Positions 1-13,584 are shown, counted from the first letter of the stretch. The stretch: 64,000 nt of DNA from the human T2T-CHM13v2.0 reference genome, Homo sapiens (GCF_009914755.1 NC_060947.1), one strand, 5' to 3'. Program-made: numbers and translations. The notes: generated by a model from the sequence alone, not told the origin.

Positions 1-1781
1 CCTGTTCTCTCCCACTGCTCCTCCTCCTCCTCCTCCTTCTGCCCCCGGGTGTCCACTGGCACTGGGAGAGGGTCCTACAGCGGCAGCAGGCATCGGAGGC
101 CCTGCCCTGCCCTGGAGGAAGGGAAACACCATCCAGGTAGGTGAGTGTTGAGCCTTCTCCCTACTTGGGGGCCAAGACCCTCCGGGCGGTTCCCCTAGGT
201 TCTGCTGGGCCGGCCTGAGGCTGGCAGGCCCTGGGCTGCAACTGTGGGATCTCAAGGCTCAAAAGAATGAGGGAGGCTCGGTGCTGCCCCAGCAGGGGCC
301 TCCTGGTGACCCCAGGGGTCAGCATGAAGTCCAGCTCCACATGAGGGGGAAGCTGAGCTAAGCCTTGGGCTCCGACTCCCACTTTGCAGTGTGGCCCAGG
401 GCCTGTGGGCTCAGGAGGGCTCCGGGGCTGGCTGCGGAAAGGCCACTCCACAGGCCTGGCAGCCGCTATAGCCACAGCCTCACCACAGGCCCCTCTGTCC
501 ACAGGTGTGGGAGGGCGCATGGGTGGCTTCTAGGGGGGATGCCAATGCAGGGGGGACGCGTGCCAGCAGATGCTCTCTGGAGCACCCGAGGAGCTGCATG
601 GGGGCGACAGGACAGGCCTCCATCCCAACCCTCTCCTGGGCTTGTGCTCAGACCCAACCTGGCCCTGAAGTGGCCTCAGGCCCCCGGCCCGCTGGTAGCA
701 AGGACTCCAAAGCGGCAGCCCCGGGCAGCCAGCCCAGCCCCCAGGGCAACTGGGGAAGCATCGGGCAGGGCGGGGCTGCTCATAGGGTGCTGGCCTGGGG
801 GCAGAGTCCCCACCTCCCCACGGCCTCCTTAGACCCCTGCAACCAGCAGCTGGGCTTAGGGGGCTCACCTCGCTCTGCTGGAGCCCCAGACAGCCCCTCC
901 CCAGCTAGTACTGGCCCTAAGTGAGGGTCTCCTGGGCGTGCGACTGCTTCAGGTCTGCCAGAGGCCCCTGCTGCCCAGCTGGGCTCCCCATCTCCAGATG
1001 CACCGAGGGCCACCCCAGGCTGGGTGGCAAGCAGGGCAGGCATGTTTATTCCCACTTAACAGATGGGGAAGGTGAGGCTGGGATGAGACCTGGGCCTTTG
1101 CTGGAGAGTCAGGGTGGATGAAGTGGTGAGAGAGGCAGGGCTCCAGCCTCTTCCTGTAGGGCACATTCCCGGCTGCCTCTGGACGGGAGACCGTGTCTGA
1201 TGAGGAGGGAGGAGGCAAGCAGAGGTGGGTGCTGGGGGCAGGCTCGGGCAGGGCTGCTTCGCCTCCACTCCCACTCGCCGCCTCGGCCTGGGGGGCCTCA
1301 GGCAAGCCTGACCCTGCCCTGCCACCCTGGCGGCAGCCTGCTCCCCTGGGGGGCCTCTCTGGGCTGCCGAGGCTGTGGGCAGGGAGGAAGGGTGCGAGCA
1401 GATCTGGGAGCTCCAGGGCTGTTTGGGCCAAGGCGGTGTGGGCGGGGGGCTGGGGCGGGTGGTCCAGAGGAGGAAGCCAAGGCCCAGGGGCAGTGTTGGG
1501 GGCGCCACGGCCTCCACCTCGGGGGCCTCCACTCAGTGCTGCCTCAGCCAACTTTACCCACGGCCTCCAAGGACACCCCCTCTTTCTCCGCCCTGCCTCC
1601 CTACCTTGGCCTTGGAGGGTCTCTGAGAAACGTGGGCAGGGTGGAGGGAGGAAGCAACTCAGAGTCGCCGCACTCAACTAACTTCATCCACGCTGCCCTG
1701 AGCCCAGAACTCAAAGGAAGGATTGGCCCGGGTAGGAGGCCACAGTGATGTCCCCAAAAGTGAATTCTTCAAAGCCCTTGA

Positions 1782-2492
<711 letters not shown>

Positions 2493-2694
2493 TGAGAGCC
2501 CCTTCTGAAGGGGGCACATGCTGGTCCTGTGGGACGGTGGCGAGCATGATGTAAGTGTAGGAGGGGTCCAGCCATCTGGCTGTGAGCTGTGCAGTTTGTG
2601 CCCACTTGTGGTGGCATCCCCGTGTGCCCGTCAGTGTCCCTGTGTGTGTGTCCCCGGTCCTCCCTACCAGTGGGGCTAGTCGGCTGGATGGCTC

Positions 2695-2811
2695 CAAGTT
2701 CATGCTGGTGATGGTGGTGGGGCCCCTAGGTCTCGAGTTCATGCTGGTGGTGGGGGTGGGGCCCCTAGGTCTCAAGTTCATGCTGGTGATGGGGGTGGGG
2801 CCCCTAGGTCT
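2695..2811 (+). repeat. 3 x 39-bp tandem repeat overlapping the BGN exon 3 acceptor
   Basis: Units c(a/g)agttcatgctggtg(a/g)tgg(t/g)ggtggggcccctaggtct at 2695, 2734 and 2773. Confidence 0.95.
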
Positions 2812-2920
2812 GAAGTCTGTGCCCAAAGAGATCTCCCCTGACACCACGCTGCTGGACCTGCAGAACAACGACATCTCCGAGCTCCGCAAGGATGACTTCA
2901 AGGGTCTCCAGCACCTCTAC
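2808..2920 (+). CDS. BGN: Biglycan exon 3 (LRR)
   Basis: cccctag|GTCTGAAG; [37 protein letters not shown]; donor gtaagg; 113 nt keeps frame. Confidence 0.96.
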
Positions 2921-3431
2921 GTAAGGAGCTGGGAGGAACCAGCAGGCCTACAGCAGAGGGCAGGGGTCCGGGTGGGTGCATGTGCGTGGACGTGTGGGGT
3001 ATGAGAGGGGTTCGGGGACTCGTGGGGCTTCAGGGTGAAGCCTGGAGCCAGCCGTGATGGGAGCTCCCGGGTTTGCGGCTCACTCATGTGGGTTTGAGCA
3101 ACCACAGCTGCAGGACCGGATCGCTCAGTTCGGCTCCCTTCGTGGCTGAAAACGTTTCATCACGTCCACTCCTCCCAGCAACAGAGGAGAACGGATTTCA
3201 TTGTAGCCAGTGTGCGTGTGAGGAAACTGAGGCTTGGAGCGGCAAGGCAGTGGTGGCACTGCTGGGGCTCAGGACCGGGCCTGGGTGCTGCCTCCTGCCC
3301 TGCACTCTGCTCACAAGCATGGACTGACCTCCTCGAGGCCCAGTGGGCTGGGGAGGCACAGGAAGGCAGGAGAGAGGGGCGGGTGGGGTGGGGAGTCTGT
3401 GCCTTCACCTCCTCCGCCCACCCTGCTTCAG

Positions 3432-3645
3432 GCCCTCGTCCTGGTGAACAACAAGATCTCCAAGATCCATGAGAAGGCCTTCAGCCCACTGCGGAAGCTG
3501 CAGAAGCTCTACATCTCCAAGAACCACCTGGTGGAGATCCCGCCCAACCTACCCAGCTCCCTGGTGGAGCTCCGCATCCACGACAACCGCATCCGCAAGG
3601 TGCCCAAGGGAGTGTTCAGCGGGCTCCGGAACATGAACTGCATCG
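3432..3645 (+). CDS. BGN: Biglycan exon 4 (LRRs)
   Basis: cttcag|GCC; [33 protein letters not shown]...NMNCI; donor gtgagc; 214 nt. Confidence 0.97.
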
Positions 3646-4097
3646 GTGAGCTGAGGGCCTCCCAGAACATTCCAGAGCCTTGTCTCGAGGCATGGGGAAG
3701 GGAGACCAAGGGATACCTTTAGAGGCTCAGTTCAAGAAAGAGTATGGTGAGAACGGTCAAAAGAAAATCCATGGATTTCTTGGCAAATCCTCCATGCAGG
3801 CGATCACCACGGCTAAAGAGAAGACTGGGCCAGAGGGGCCGGGTGGCTTCCGGGAGCCCCATCTTCATCTCTGGCACTCCTCCCTTTCCTCTTGCTGCCC
3901 CTGGAGCTAGCAGTCCTGGGGCTAGCAGTCCTGAACAGCTAGGAGTTTGCAATTAGCCCGGTAAATTAGCAGAACTGCTTTCAGGAGACGGGAGCAGCCG
4001 GCAGGTAGCAGGGCCCACCACACTGGCCCGGAAGTGACAGGACCCAGGGCTGTGCAGGGACCACCAGGCTCCCGGGCTAATGAGGTCTCTCCCCTAG

Positions 4098-4208
4098 AGA
4101 TGGGCGGGAACCCACTGGAGAACAGTGGCTTTGAACCTGGAGCCTTCGATGGCCTGAAGCTCAACTACCTGCGCATCTCAGAGGCCAAGCTGACTGGCAT
4201 CCCCAAAG
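4098..4208 (+). CDS. BGN: Biglycan exon 5
   Basis: cccctag|AGATG; [37 protein letters not shown]; donor gtagga; 111 nt. Confidence 0.97.
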
Positions 4209-4346
4209 GTAGGAAGCCCACTCTTCCTGCACGCCTGCCTGCCTCACCCCCAACAGCACAGATGGCCAGGGTGGGGGCTCTGGATGGGCCCGATCTACTC
4301 AGGGAAAGGCTCAACAGTCCCCTCCCGCCACCTGGGGCAGAGCTAG

Positions 4347-4493
<147 letters not shown>

Positions 4494-4615
4494 TGAGGCC
4501 AGCAGGGCACCGCCCAAGGGTGATGCCAGAGTCCCTCAGTGCTGTGTGGCCCCTCGCGCCCAGCCCCCCATCCTTACCTCCAGTCTTTGAGTCCGTGTCA
4601 TTCTCCCGCTCACAG

Positions 4616-4754
4616 GCTGGGCCTAGGCCACAACCAGATCAGGATGATCGAGAACGGGAGCCTGAGCTTCCTGCCCACCCTCCGGGAGCTCCACTTGGAC
4701 AACAACAAGTTGGCCAGGGTGCCCTCAGGGCTCCCAGACCTCAAGCTCCTCCAG
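4616..4754 (+). CDS. BGN: Biglycan exon 7
   Basis: cacag|GCTG; [46 protein letters not shown]; donor gtgaga; 139 nt. Confidence 0.97.
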
Positions 4755-5660
4755 GTGAGAGCTGGGCATGCACAGCCAGGTTCCCTAAGGCTGGGCTGGG
4801 GGAGGCGTGTGTGTCCCCGGGCAGTCCCTCAGTCCCCTGGCCCTCCTTCCCGACCGGCTCTGGGCATCCGCAAGGGAGCGGTCCTGATGCTCCCAGCTGG
4901 TGCTGAGGAGGCAGGGAGCAGGGTCTCCATGGTGGATACCGAGCAAGGCAGCCTGGTAGCTCTTGGACCCGAGGGTCTCCAGGTGGGTCGGACACCAGAA
5001 AGATGTGGCAGAGTCCAGGGAGTCGAGAAACTGTGGGCGTGGGAGTGCACAGATCTGTGCCAAGACAGTGACAGCCCAGGGCAGGAAGTAGGCTGACGAG
5101 GGGGAGCAGGGTCTTGCCTGGGATTCTATCGGGAGCTTCCATCCCTGGCCTGGCCCGCAACCAGGTGGGTGATCTTGGTCTTGCCCAGCCCTGCTCCATC
5201 CACAAGTGTTTGGAGCACCCCCATCCGCACCAGCTGCGAGCCAGCACCGCGCAGGCCATGCCCATGCTGGGCCGAGTGCGCCCTCTAGTGGCCATTGTCA
5301 TGTTCACCAGCACTGGGCTCCCAGCCCAACCCAGCAGGCGCCTCGCCTGCCCACCTCCGCTCCTCCCAGAGACAGCAAGACGGTGGCTCCAGAGAGTTGG
5401 AGGGGCTGCTAGAGGGCGAGCTCCTCTGCTGACTGGAAGAAAGAGGAGGGCATCCCAAGGGCTCTTTCTCCTCTCATGCCCCATGGAGTGTGAGGGTGCT
5501 CCCCCGAGGCTCAGGCCACCTTTCCTCCACCTCACACCACCAAACACACCTCTACCCCAGCCCCGCCCCCACATGTCCTCAACCTGACCCACCTGAGACC
5601 CTCATCCTTGTCCCTGGTCACATCCAGTGCCTTAATCCTGGCTGACACCCACACAAATAA

Positions 5661-6014
<354 letters not shown>

Positions 6015-6594
6015 AGGCAGCTGCAGCCACCGCGGGGCCTCAGTGGGGGTCTCTGGGGAACACAGCCAGACATCCTGATGGGGAGGCAGAGCCAGGAAGC
6101 TAAGCCAGGGCCCAGCTGCGTCCAACCCAGCCCCCCACCTCGGGTCCCTGACCCCAGCTCGATGCCCCATCACCGCCTCTCCCTGGCTCCCAAGGGTGCA
6201 GGTGGGCGCAAGGCCCGGCCCCCATCACATGTTCCCTTGGCCTCAGAGCTGCCCCTGCTCTCCCACCACAGCCACCCAGAGGCACCCCATGAAGCTTTTT
6301 TCTCGTTCACTCCCAAACCCAAGTGTCCAAGGCTCCAGTCCTAGGAGAACAGTCCCTGGGTCAGCAGCCAGGAGGCGGTCCATAAGAATGGGGACAGTGG
6401 GCTCTGCCAGGGCTGCCGCACCTGTCCAGACACACATGTTCTGTTCCTCCTCCTCATGCATTTCCAGCCTTTCAACCCTCCCCGACTCTGCGGCTCCCCT
6501 CAGCCCCCTTGCAAGTTCATGGCCTGTCCCTCCCAGACCCCTGCTCCACTGGCCCTTCGACCAGTCCTCCCTTCTGTTCTCTCTTTCCCCGTCC

Positions 6595-6598
<4 letters not shown>

Positions 6599-6668
<70 letters not shown>
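6599..6668 (+). repeat. Compound microsatellite (TC)14-TTTC-(TG)19 in the BGN 3'UTR
   Basis: Seen directly. Confidence 0.95.
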
Positions 6669-6670
<2 letters not shown>

Positions 6671-7085
6671 TTGTGCTTCCTCAGACCTTTCTCGCTTCTG
6701 AGCTTGGTGGCCTGTTCCCTCCATCTCTCCGAACCTGGCTTCGCCTGTCCCTTTCACTCCACACCCTCTGGCCTTCTGCCTTGAGCTGGGACTGCTTTCT
6801 GTCTGTCCGGCCTGCACCCAGCCCCTGCCCACAAAACCCCAGGGACAGCGGTCTCCCCAGCCTGCCCTGCTCAGGCCTTGCCCCCAAACCTGTACTGTCC
6901 CGGAGGAGGTTGGGAGGTGGAGGCCCAGCATCCCGCGCAGATGACACCATCAACCGCCAGAGTCCCAGACACCGGTTTTCCTAGAAGCCCCTCACCCCCA
7001 CTGGCCCACTGGTGGCTAGGTCTCCCCTTATCCTTCTGGTCCAGCGCAAGGAGGGGCTGCTTCTGAGGTCGGTGGCTGTCTTTCC

Positions 7086-7091
7086 ATTAAA
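7086..7091 (+). terminator. Polyadenylation signal ATTAAA
   Basis: Only AWTAAA hexamer I found after the stop; followed by GT/CT-rich sequence (cgtggctccgtgcgctgctcctgtgg). Confidence 0.8.
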
Positions 7092-7174
7092 GAAACACCG
7101 TGCAACGTGGCTCCGTGCGCTGCTCCTGTGGCGGCCTGGCCTCTCCGTGCCCCTCCTGGCCCTTGGGCTCCTTG

Positions 7175-7227
7175 CCCTCAGAAGAGGGGCCCCGTCACCC
7201 TCAGAAGAGGGGCCCCGTCACCCTCAG
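7175..7227. repeat. 23-bp perfect tandem duplication (2.3 copies)
   Basis: ccctcagaagaggggccccgtca x2 followed by ccctcag. Confidence 0.9.
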
Positions 7228-8734
7228 GTCTGGGCTAGCCCGGACTAGGGAGGTTTCTCCTCCCTTCTAGACACTTCCATGGCCCCAGCTGTCCTGAGAC
7301 GCGGCTCCAGAATCCAACCAGGCCTGAATGGCACCTGCCCTCTCAGCGTGGAGCGTTTGCCAAGAGCACGCCGACTGCAGGGCGCCAGGCTAGAGCCTGG
7401 AAATCTAAGCGGGGCCCGGCCTGCCCAGCTCCATGGAGTCTAGGGTTCACAACGAGGCACCGCCAAAACCCAGGGGGTGACACAGGAGGGAAGGGGCCCA
7501 ATGGAGCCAGGGCAGGGTGCTGTGTGCACCCACTTGCACTGGCCTGGCCTTGGCTCCCCTGCCAGCCCCCTGGCAGGTGACACTGTGTGTAGGCAGAGCC
7601 GAGCCTGGGCTGCAAGGCATTCCCACACACGCAGCATCCAGAGAGAGGATCCAGGTCAGGGCCGGGAAAGCCTGCATGCTGGGGACACAGGTCGTCCTGG
7701 AAAGGACAGCTTGGAGGGGGACAGTCCCCAGAGCAACGCTACCGCCTGTGACTTTCCTTCGGCCCTGCACGAAGAGCCTCAGAGCAGGTGGCGGGACCTG
7801 GGGCTTCCCTGGGCAGCCCAGGCTCCCAACGGAAATAGAGTGGGCAGGGCCCGCGTGAATGGCAGCCTGGCACTGCGTGTTGGCTCCTCACACATAACTG
7901 CGTCTTTATGGCTGGACTGGCACTGGCGCACTGGCATCCCCAGGTTTCTCCTTTCTGGGATAGGAGGTGCCACACAGTGTGGTGGCCCAGTGATAGAAAG
8001 TCACCATCAGCATCACAGCACTATTCTGGGCCATGTGCTCTACGGCCCGGCAATGTCTGCTGAGCTGGGCAGGCATGGTGCAAGGGAACTGGGCAGGGGC
8101 CGGGAGTCAAGGCTTCGGGCAAGTCCCCTCGCTGGCTGGGAGGAGGGGCAGCCAGCGCCACGGCCTGGCAGAGATGGAAAGATGGGGCTTCCGCCCATTC
8201 ATCTGTGAGCGGGTCTTGGGGCATTGGCTCTGTGTTCAGTGGGTCCAACACAGCCCCCGTGAATCTGTCCACTCTTCCTGCCTCGCTCCCATCCTTCCTG
8301 TGCCTCCTTTCCTCTCTGTCTGCCTCTCATTTCATGCACCTTCATCACACCTGTCCTCTGCGTGTCCCAGCTCAGGGATGCAGTGTGGGTGGAGGACAAG
8401 CTAGTGGGATGAGTGTGATATGGGTGGTCAGTGCAGAGGAAGGCATCCTGCAGGCTGCGTGCTTAGCCCACACAGCAGGGGGTGCCCTGCAGGCAGCACA
8501 CACTCTGCCTGGACTAGAGTGCCAAGCCCCCGAGGCAGGAGCCCAGAGCTGGACAGGGTCACAGCCTGCAAGGGCTTCTGGGTCGTGGTGGAAGGTGAGC
8601 TCCATCCTCAAAGCAGTTGGTCCTGACCACAGTGTGAAGATGAATCACATAGCCTCACTCTACCGCCAAGTGTGGGAAAAACTATTAGCTAATACTAGCC
8701 AAGGTGAGACTGATTTGGGCTTAAAAAAGAAAAT

Positions 8735-8954
8735 GGCTAGGCGTGGTGGCTCACGGCTGTCATCTCAGCACTTTGGGAGGCCAAGGCAGGAAGATTGCTT
8801 GAGGCCAGGAGTCCAAGACCAGCCTAGGCAACATAGTGAGACCCCATCTCTAAAAAAGAAAAAACTAAAAAATTAGCTAGGCATTGTGGCACACGCCAGT
8901 GGTCCCAGCTGCTCAGGAGGCTGAGGTTGGAAGATCATTTGTGCCGGGGAGGTT
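8735..8954 (+). mobile_element. Alu (AluJ-like), 3'-truncated
   Basis: ggctaggcgtggtggctcac...cactttgggaggccaaggcaggaagattgcttgaggccaggag, A-rich linker, partial right arm. Confidence 0.88.
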
Positions 8955-9249
8955 CTCCCGGCAAGCTGCCAATCCCCCACATTTACTTGCAAGTGGCTTC
9001 GAAAGTAGGACTGTGCTCAGGGCCCCAGCTGTGGCATAGGAAGGCCTAGGGTGGACAACGGCTGGGCTGCAAGTTCCAGCCGATCTTTGCTTGAGTAGGG
9101 TCCCCTGAACTTGGTGACAGATTGGGTGTAGTGTGAGAACGGGGTTGGTTGTGATGCTCCGTGGCCTGGAGAGGGGAAGGGGACCCTGAGGACCACCACC
9201 TGACGGCCAGGAGCATTCCGGAGCTGCTGGAAGGCAGCAGGCGTGGGCT

Positions 9250-9405
9250 TACACACGTACACACACACATGCACGAACACACGTGCACACGCACACAAAT
9301 GCGTACACAAACACACACGCACACATGCACACTTGAACACACAAACACAAGCACACAGAAACAAACATATGCCGCACAAACACATGTGCACACAAACACA
9401 CACAG
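9250..9405. repeat. Degenerate (CA)n simple repeat
   Basis: Seen directly. Confidence 0.9.
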
Positions 9406-10034
9406 CAATGCAGGTCACAAAGCCGCTTCCTCGGGGAGTGGCTGTGGAGGGCACAGGGCCGCCGTGGGGCCGTTTCTCAGCATTTGCTGCAGGTCAGGTG
9501 CCTTCTGGGCACAGCAGGGCCCAGCGGGAGCCTAAGCCGAATCCACTGCTACGGTTTAGACGAGTCCGGGCTTGTCAAAGGGGCAGCGAGCCAGACCTTG
9601 GCAGGCTGGGCCCACGATGCGGGCAGGACCCCTGAGGGACACGACCCCTCCTTGGAGGGCTGCAGGGGCAGGTGGCAGGCCTGGGAGCCAAGTCAGAGGG
9701 GCTGCCCTGAGGACTTGGCAGTGGCCTGGTCTCCAGGCTCTGCTCCCACAGGCTCCAGCTCTAGTCTCAGGAGGCAGGGACCACAGGAAGAGGCCAAGAC
9801 CCTGCCTGCCACTCTGAACAGGCAGGGCAGGGCACCATCGCCAGCAGAGAGACCTTGTCTCCCTCAGCTTCTGGGAGGGCACAGCCTCTCTGGCGCCCTG
9901 GAGAACCCTGGGCAGCCTGGGTGCTGAAAGGCCCTGATGCCTGCTGCACAGGGGCAGCCAGGGCCCAGGCAGGAGTGCCCAGGGGACTGTGCTGGAGCTG
10001 CACTGGCAGGAGTCATGCCCAAAGAGCCATCTCT

Positions 10035-10440
10035 GTCTCTCTCTCTCACACACACACACAGACATACTCTCACACTCACATACTCACACACAAACACACA
10101 CTCGCACTCACACTCACACACACTCCCACTCACACATGCTCGCACTCACACACACTCAAACTCATACTCTCACTCACACACACTCACACACTCACACAAT
10201 CACACTCACACTCACTCACACACTCACACTCACATATTCACACTCACACACTCTCACACTCACTTGCTCTCATGCACACTCACACCCCACACACACCCAC
10301 TCTCTCACACACACTCACTCCCACTCACACACACTCTCACACACCCACACACATGCTCACATACACTCATGCCCACATCCACTCACTCACACCCACTCAC
10401 ACACTCACACTCACACCCCCACACACTCACACACACACAG
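10035..10440. repeat. Degenerate (CA/CACT)n simple repeat
   Basis: Seen directly. Confidence 0.92.
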
Positions 10441-10589
10441 TCTGCATCGCCAGCCAGCTTTCCAGAACCACCAGGCGTGGATGTACTCAAGCCAAGCAGC
10501 CCAAGAAGCCTGAGTTGTGCTGTGGACAGGGCTCTGCCGAGCTGGAGCTCCTCGGTGGCCCAGCTGGGGCTTGGATGAGTGGCCCGAGG

Positions 10590-11640
10590 CCACTGTCATG
10601 GATAACCACAAACCGGGTGGCTCACCACAGAGGACATGGACCCTCTCCCAGTCCTGGAGGCCAGAAGTCCAAATCCAGGTGTCTCAGGGCCACACTCCCC
10701 CCAGAAGCTCTAGGGAAGGCTTCTTCCTGCCTCTCCCAGCCCCGGAAGGCTCCAGGCGTCCTGGACTTGTGGCCACCTCACTCCACTTTGCCTCTGCAAT
10801 CACATGGCTTCTTGTGGGGGGGGGGGTACATGTGTGTGTATATGTGCAATGTGTGTGTATGTGTGTGTTTCTGTGAGTGTATGTGTGGGTATGCGTGTGC
10901 ATATGTGTGTGGGTGTGTATGAGCATGTTCGTGTGTATGTATGTGTGGGTGACTGTGTATGTGTGGGGTGTCTGCATGTGTATGTGTGCAATGTGTGTGT
11001 ATATGTTTCTGTGTGTGTATGAGTGTGTCTTGTGTGTGCATGTGTATGACTGTGTGCATATGTGAATGTGTGTCTGTGACGATGTGTGTGTATGTGGGGG
11101 TGTGCATATGTGTGCATGTGTGTGTTTCTGTGTGTGTCTCTGTGCATGGATGTGAGTGTGAGCATGTGTGTGTGTTTCTGTGTGTGTGTCTGTGCATGGA
11201 TGTGAGTGTGAGCGTGTGTGTTTCTGTGTGTGTGTGTCTCCGTGCATGGATGTGAGTGTGAGCATGTGTGTGTGTGCATGGATGTGTGAGCGTGTGTGTG
11301 TTTCTGTGTGTGTGTCTCTGTGCATGGATGTGAGTGTGAGCATGTGTGTGTCTCTGTGCATGGATGTGAGTGTGAGCGTGTGTGTGTTTCTGTGTGTGTG
11401 TGTCTGTGCATGGATGAGAGTGTGAGCGTGTGTGTGTGTTTCTGTGTGTGTGTGTCTCCGTGCATGGATGTGAGTGTGAGCATGTGTGTGTGTGGCGGGG
11501 GGGGATAACCCAGGATAACCCACATCTCAAGATTCTTCACTTGATGGCATCTGCAAAGACCCTATTTCCAAATAAGGCTGCATTCCGGTTCCGGGGGTTG
11601 GGACATGGACACATCGGTGGGGACATTTTTAGCCTGCCCC
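10590..11640 (-). mobile_element. MaLR solo LTR (MLT1-type) split by a TG-rich array
   Basis: ccacaaaccgggtggct...tcctggaggccagaagtccaaatccaggtgtc before the array; ccaggataacccacatctcaagattctt...catctgcaaagaccctatttccaaataagg after it. Both resemble MLT1 LTR motifs (subfamily from memory). Confidence 0.75.
10815..11495. repeat. TG-rich simple repeat grading into a ~36-54 bp minisatellite (core gtgcatggatgtgagtgtgagc, ~8 copies)
   Basis: catggatg core recurs at ~11145, 11195, 11245, 11277, 11323, 11359, 11409 and 11463. Confidence 0.88.
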
Positions 11641-13584
11641 TGGGCTGCAAGTGGACACGGGCTTTGCCCCTGAGGCCTTGGGGAAGGGGCTGGGACCTCA
11701 GCCAGGGAGACAGTGGGCATGAGAAGACGGGATGGGGGCCCCAGGCCCAGCCAAAGGGGTCCTCACTTCAGAGCTGGCCAAGGAGCTGCTGTCCCAACAG
11801 TGGCAGGAGGGAACCTGGGCAAGGAGGGGGCATGGCCCAGAGGCCTGGGAGAGGACGGACCTGGTGACTGGGTAGGGGCCAAGGAGCCAGGAGAGAAAGC
11901 AGTTGTGGGAGGGGAGCGGGACTGAAGGGGCTGGAGGCAGGTGGAGAGAGAGAGGGGTGAGAGTGGGGATGAGGCGGCCAGGTGGGGCGGTGGGCAGCCG
12001 CTGAGAGCAGGGTGCTCTCTGTGGCTTTTGTTTCCCAGGCAGTCGTCGGCAATGTGGGAGAGTGGGGTGGGGACGGAGGCCTGGCGTGCCCTAAGGAGGC
12101 AGGTCCAGGGCATGGTGGGACAGGCTGGCTTGGGACCTGGGAGGGAGCTGGGAAGCAGAGTGGTCTGGGCCTCCCTGGGTTTGGCTCCCTAAGTACTCCC
12201 AGTGCAGAGGACAGGACTTGGTGTATGGGAGAACTTTCTAGCAAAGCTCCCACCTCTTTACTGATGGAGGACCCAAGAGGGGCTGGCCGGTGAGCAAGGA
12301 TCACCAGTGACACTGGCAGCATTTGCCTGGCACTCAGGTGTCCTCATTCCCAGGCCTGGGCCCTCCCTCTCAGCCTCAGGGCTCTGGGCTGGGAACCAAC
12401 AGACACAAACCAAGGAGAAAGGACCATCCCCTTACCTGGCCATTAGCTGTTTAGGGGCCACAATTTGCTGAGGACTAGGGACTTCCATGACACTTTGTTC
12501 CTTGGCCATCTGACCTTGGCCTCAGTGGGACTCATCACAAAGGTAGGCACCATGGCCAACTCTTGGCTGGATTAGCCATGAGCAGTGCCCTGGGGGCCCG
12601 GGGGAGGAGGCAAAGTGGTGGGGCAGGTAGCCCCTGCCTCAGATTTTCTCCCCTGAACTTGCTTCTTCCCCCTGGCCAGAGAGGGCCTGTGCAGAGTCTG
12701 GGGTCAGAGAATAGGGAGGGGAGATGCATAAACACGCAACCCAGGCAGCAGCTGCTCCAAGCTCAGGGAGATTCCCCCATGTGGATAGCAGCCATCAGTT
12801 AAATGAACAGCCTCCATCCCTCAGCATGTTCCCTGGTCCCCGAGGGAAGACAGTGACGCAGCCCAAAGGGACTCTTCTCTTTGCTTGTCAGCTCTCACAG
12901 CCACTCCTAAGCCTTTAAGTGTGGGTCTCCCCAGCCCCACACCTGCCCTCCCAGAGCTGCCCACACATGTCTGCTAAGAGGTGCTCGTCTTCAGCCGGGA
13001 CCCAACCCTTGCCCAAGGGATGCTCCTGCTGGGGGCCACGAAAGGAGGCCAGCTCAGCAGCCTGCTTCTGCCTTTGCTCACTCCAGAGCAGGGCCCTTGG
13101 GCCTGGGATGGAAGGACATGACCCCAGGGAGCCTGCCACAGTGTGGGAGGCCAAGAAGGAACGTGGCCTGAATGCGCTGGGGAAAGGAGCTCCTCTGCCC
13201 TCCTGTGGTGCCTGAGGGCATGGGGGCAGCTGGCCTCCCGGCCAGGGGCCAAAGTCCAGCTTACAACCTGCTCCGGGTGGGATCCAGTGCCCTCTGGGCC
13301 TCCACTTCCCCATCTGGAATGTGGGCTAGTAAGAGGAACGACTCCAAGATGGCAGGGCTCTGGCGAAATGGCCAGAACTTAGCTCATGATAAGTTTCCAG
13401 CATCATTGGGGCTTGCTTCAGTCTTGATTTTTCCCATTCGGGGCCATGGGAAGTCACAGGCTGTGTGTGTGTGAGAAGGGGGTGTCCCCATGGCGGCTCT
13501 GGGCCCGGAGGAGCACACGCCCCAGGCTCAGGAAAAGCTGCCTCAGAGTTGGAGTGGAAGGGGACTGCGGGAGTGTGCAAATGA

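Larger units (their letters stand above)
6015..7108 (+). other. BGN: BGN 3'UTR (3' end approximate)
   Basis: Runs from the stop codon to ~15-20 nt after ATTAAA. Confidence 0.8.

Noticed and set aside
3906-3933. Short duplications (gctagcagtcctg x2 here; tctaccagcac x2 near 48527)
   Set aside because: Ordinary slippage-scale intronic duplications away from splice sites.
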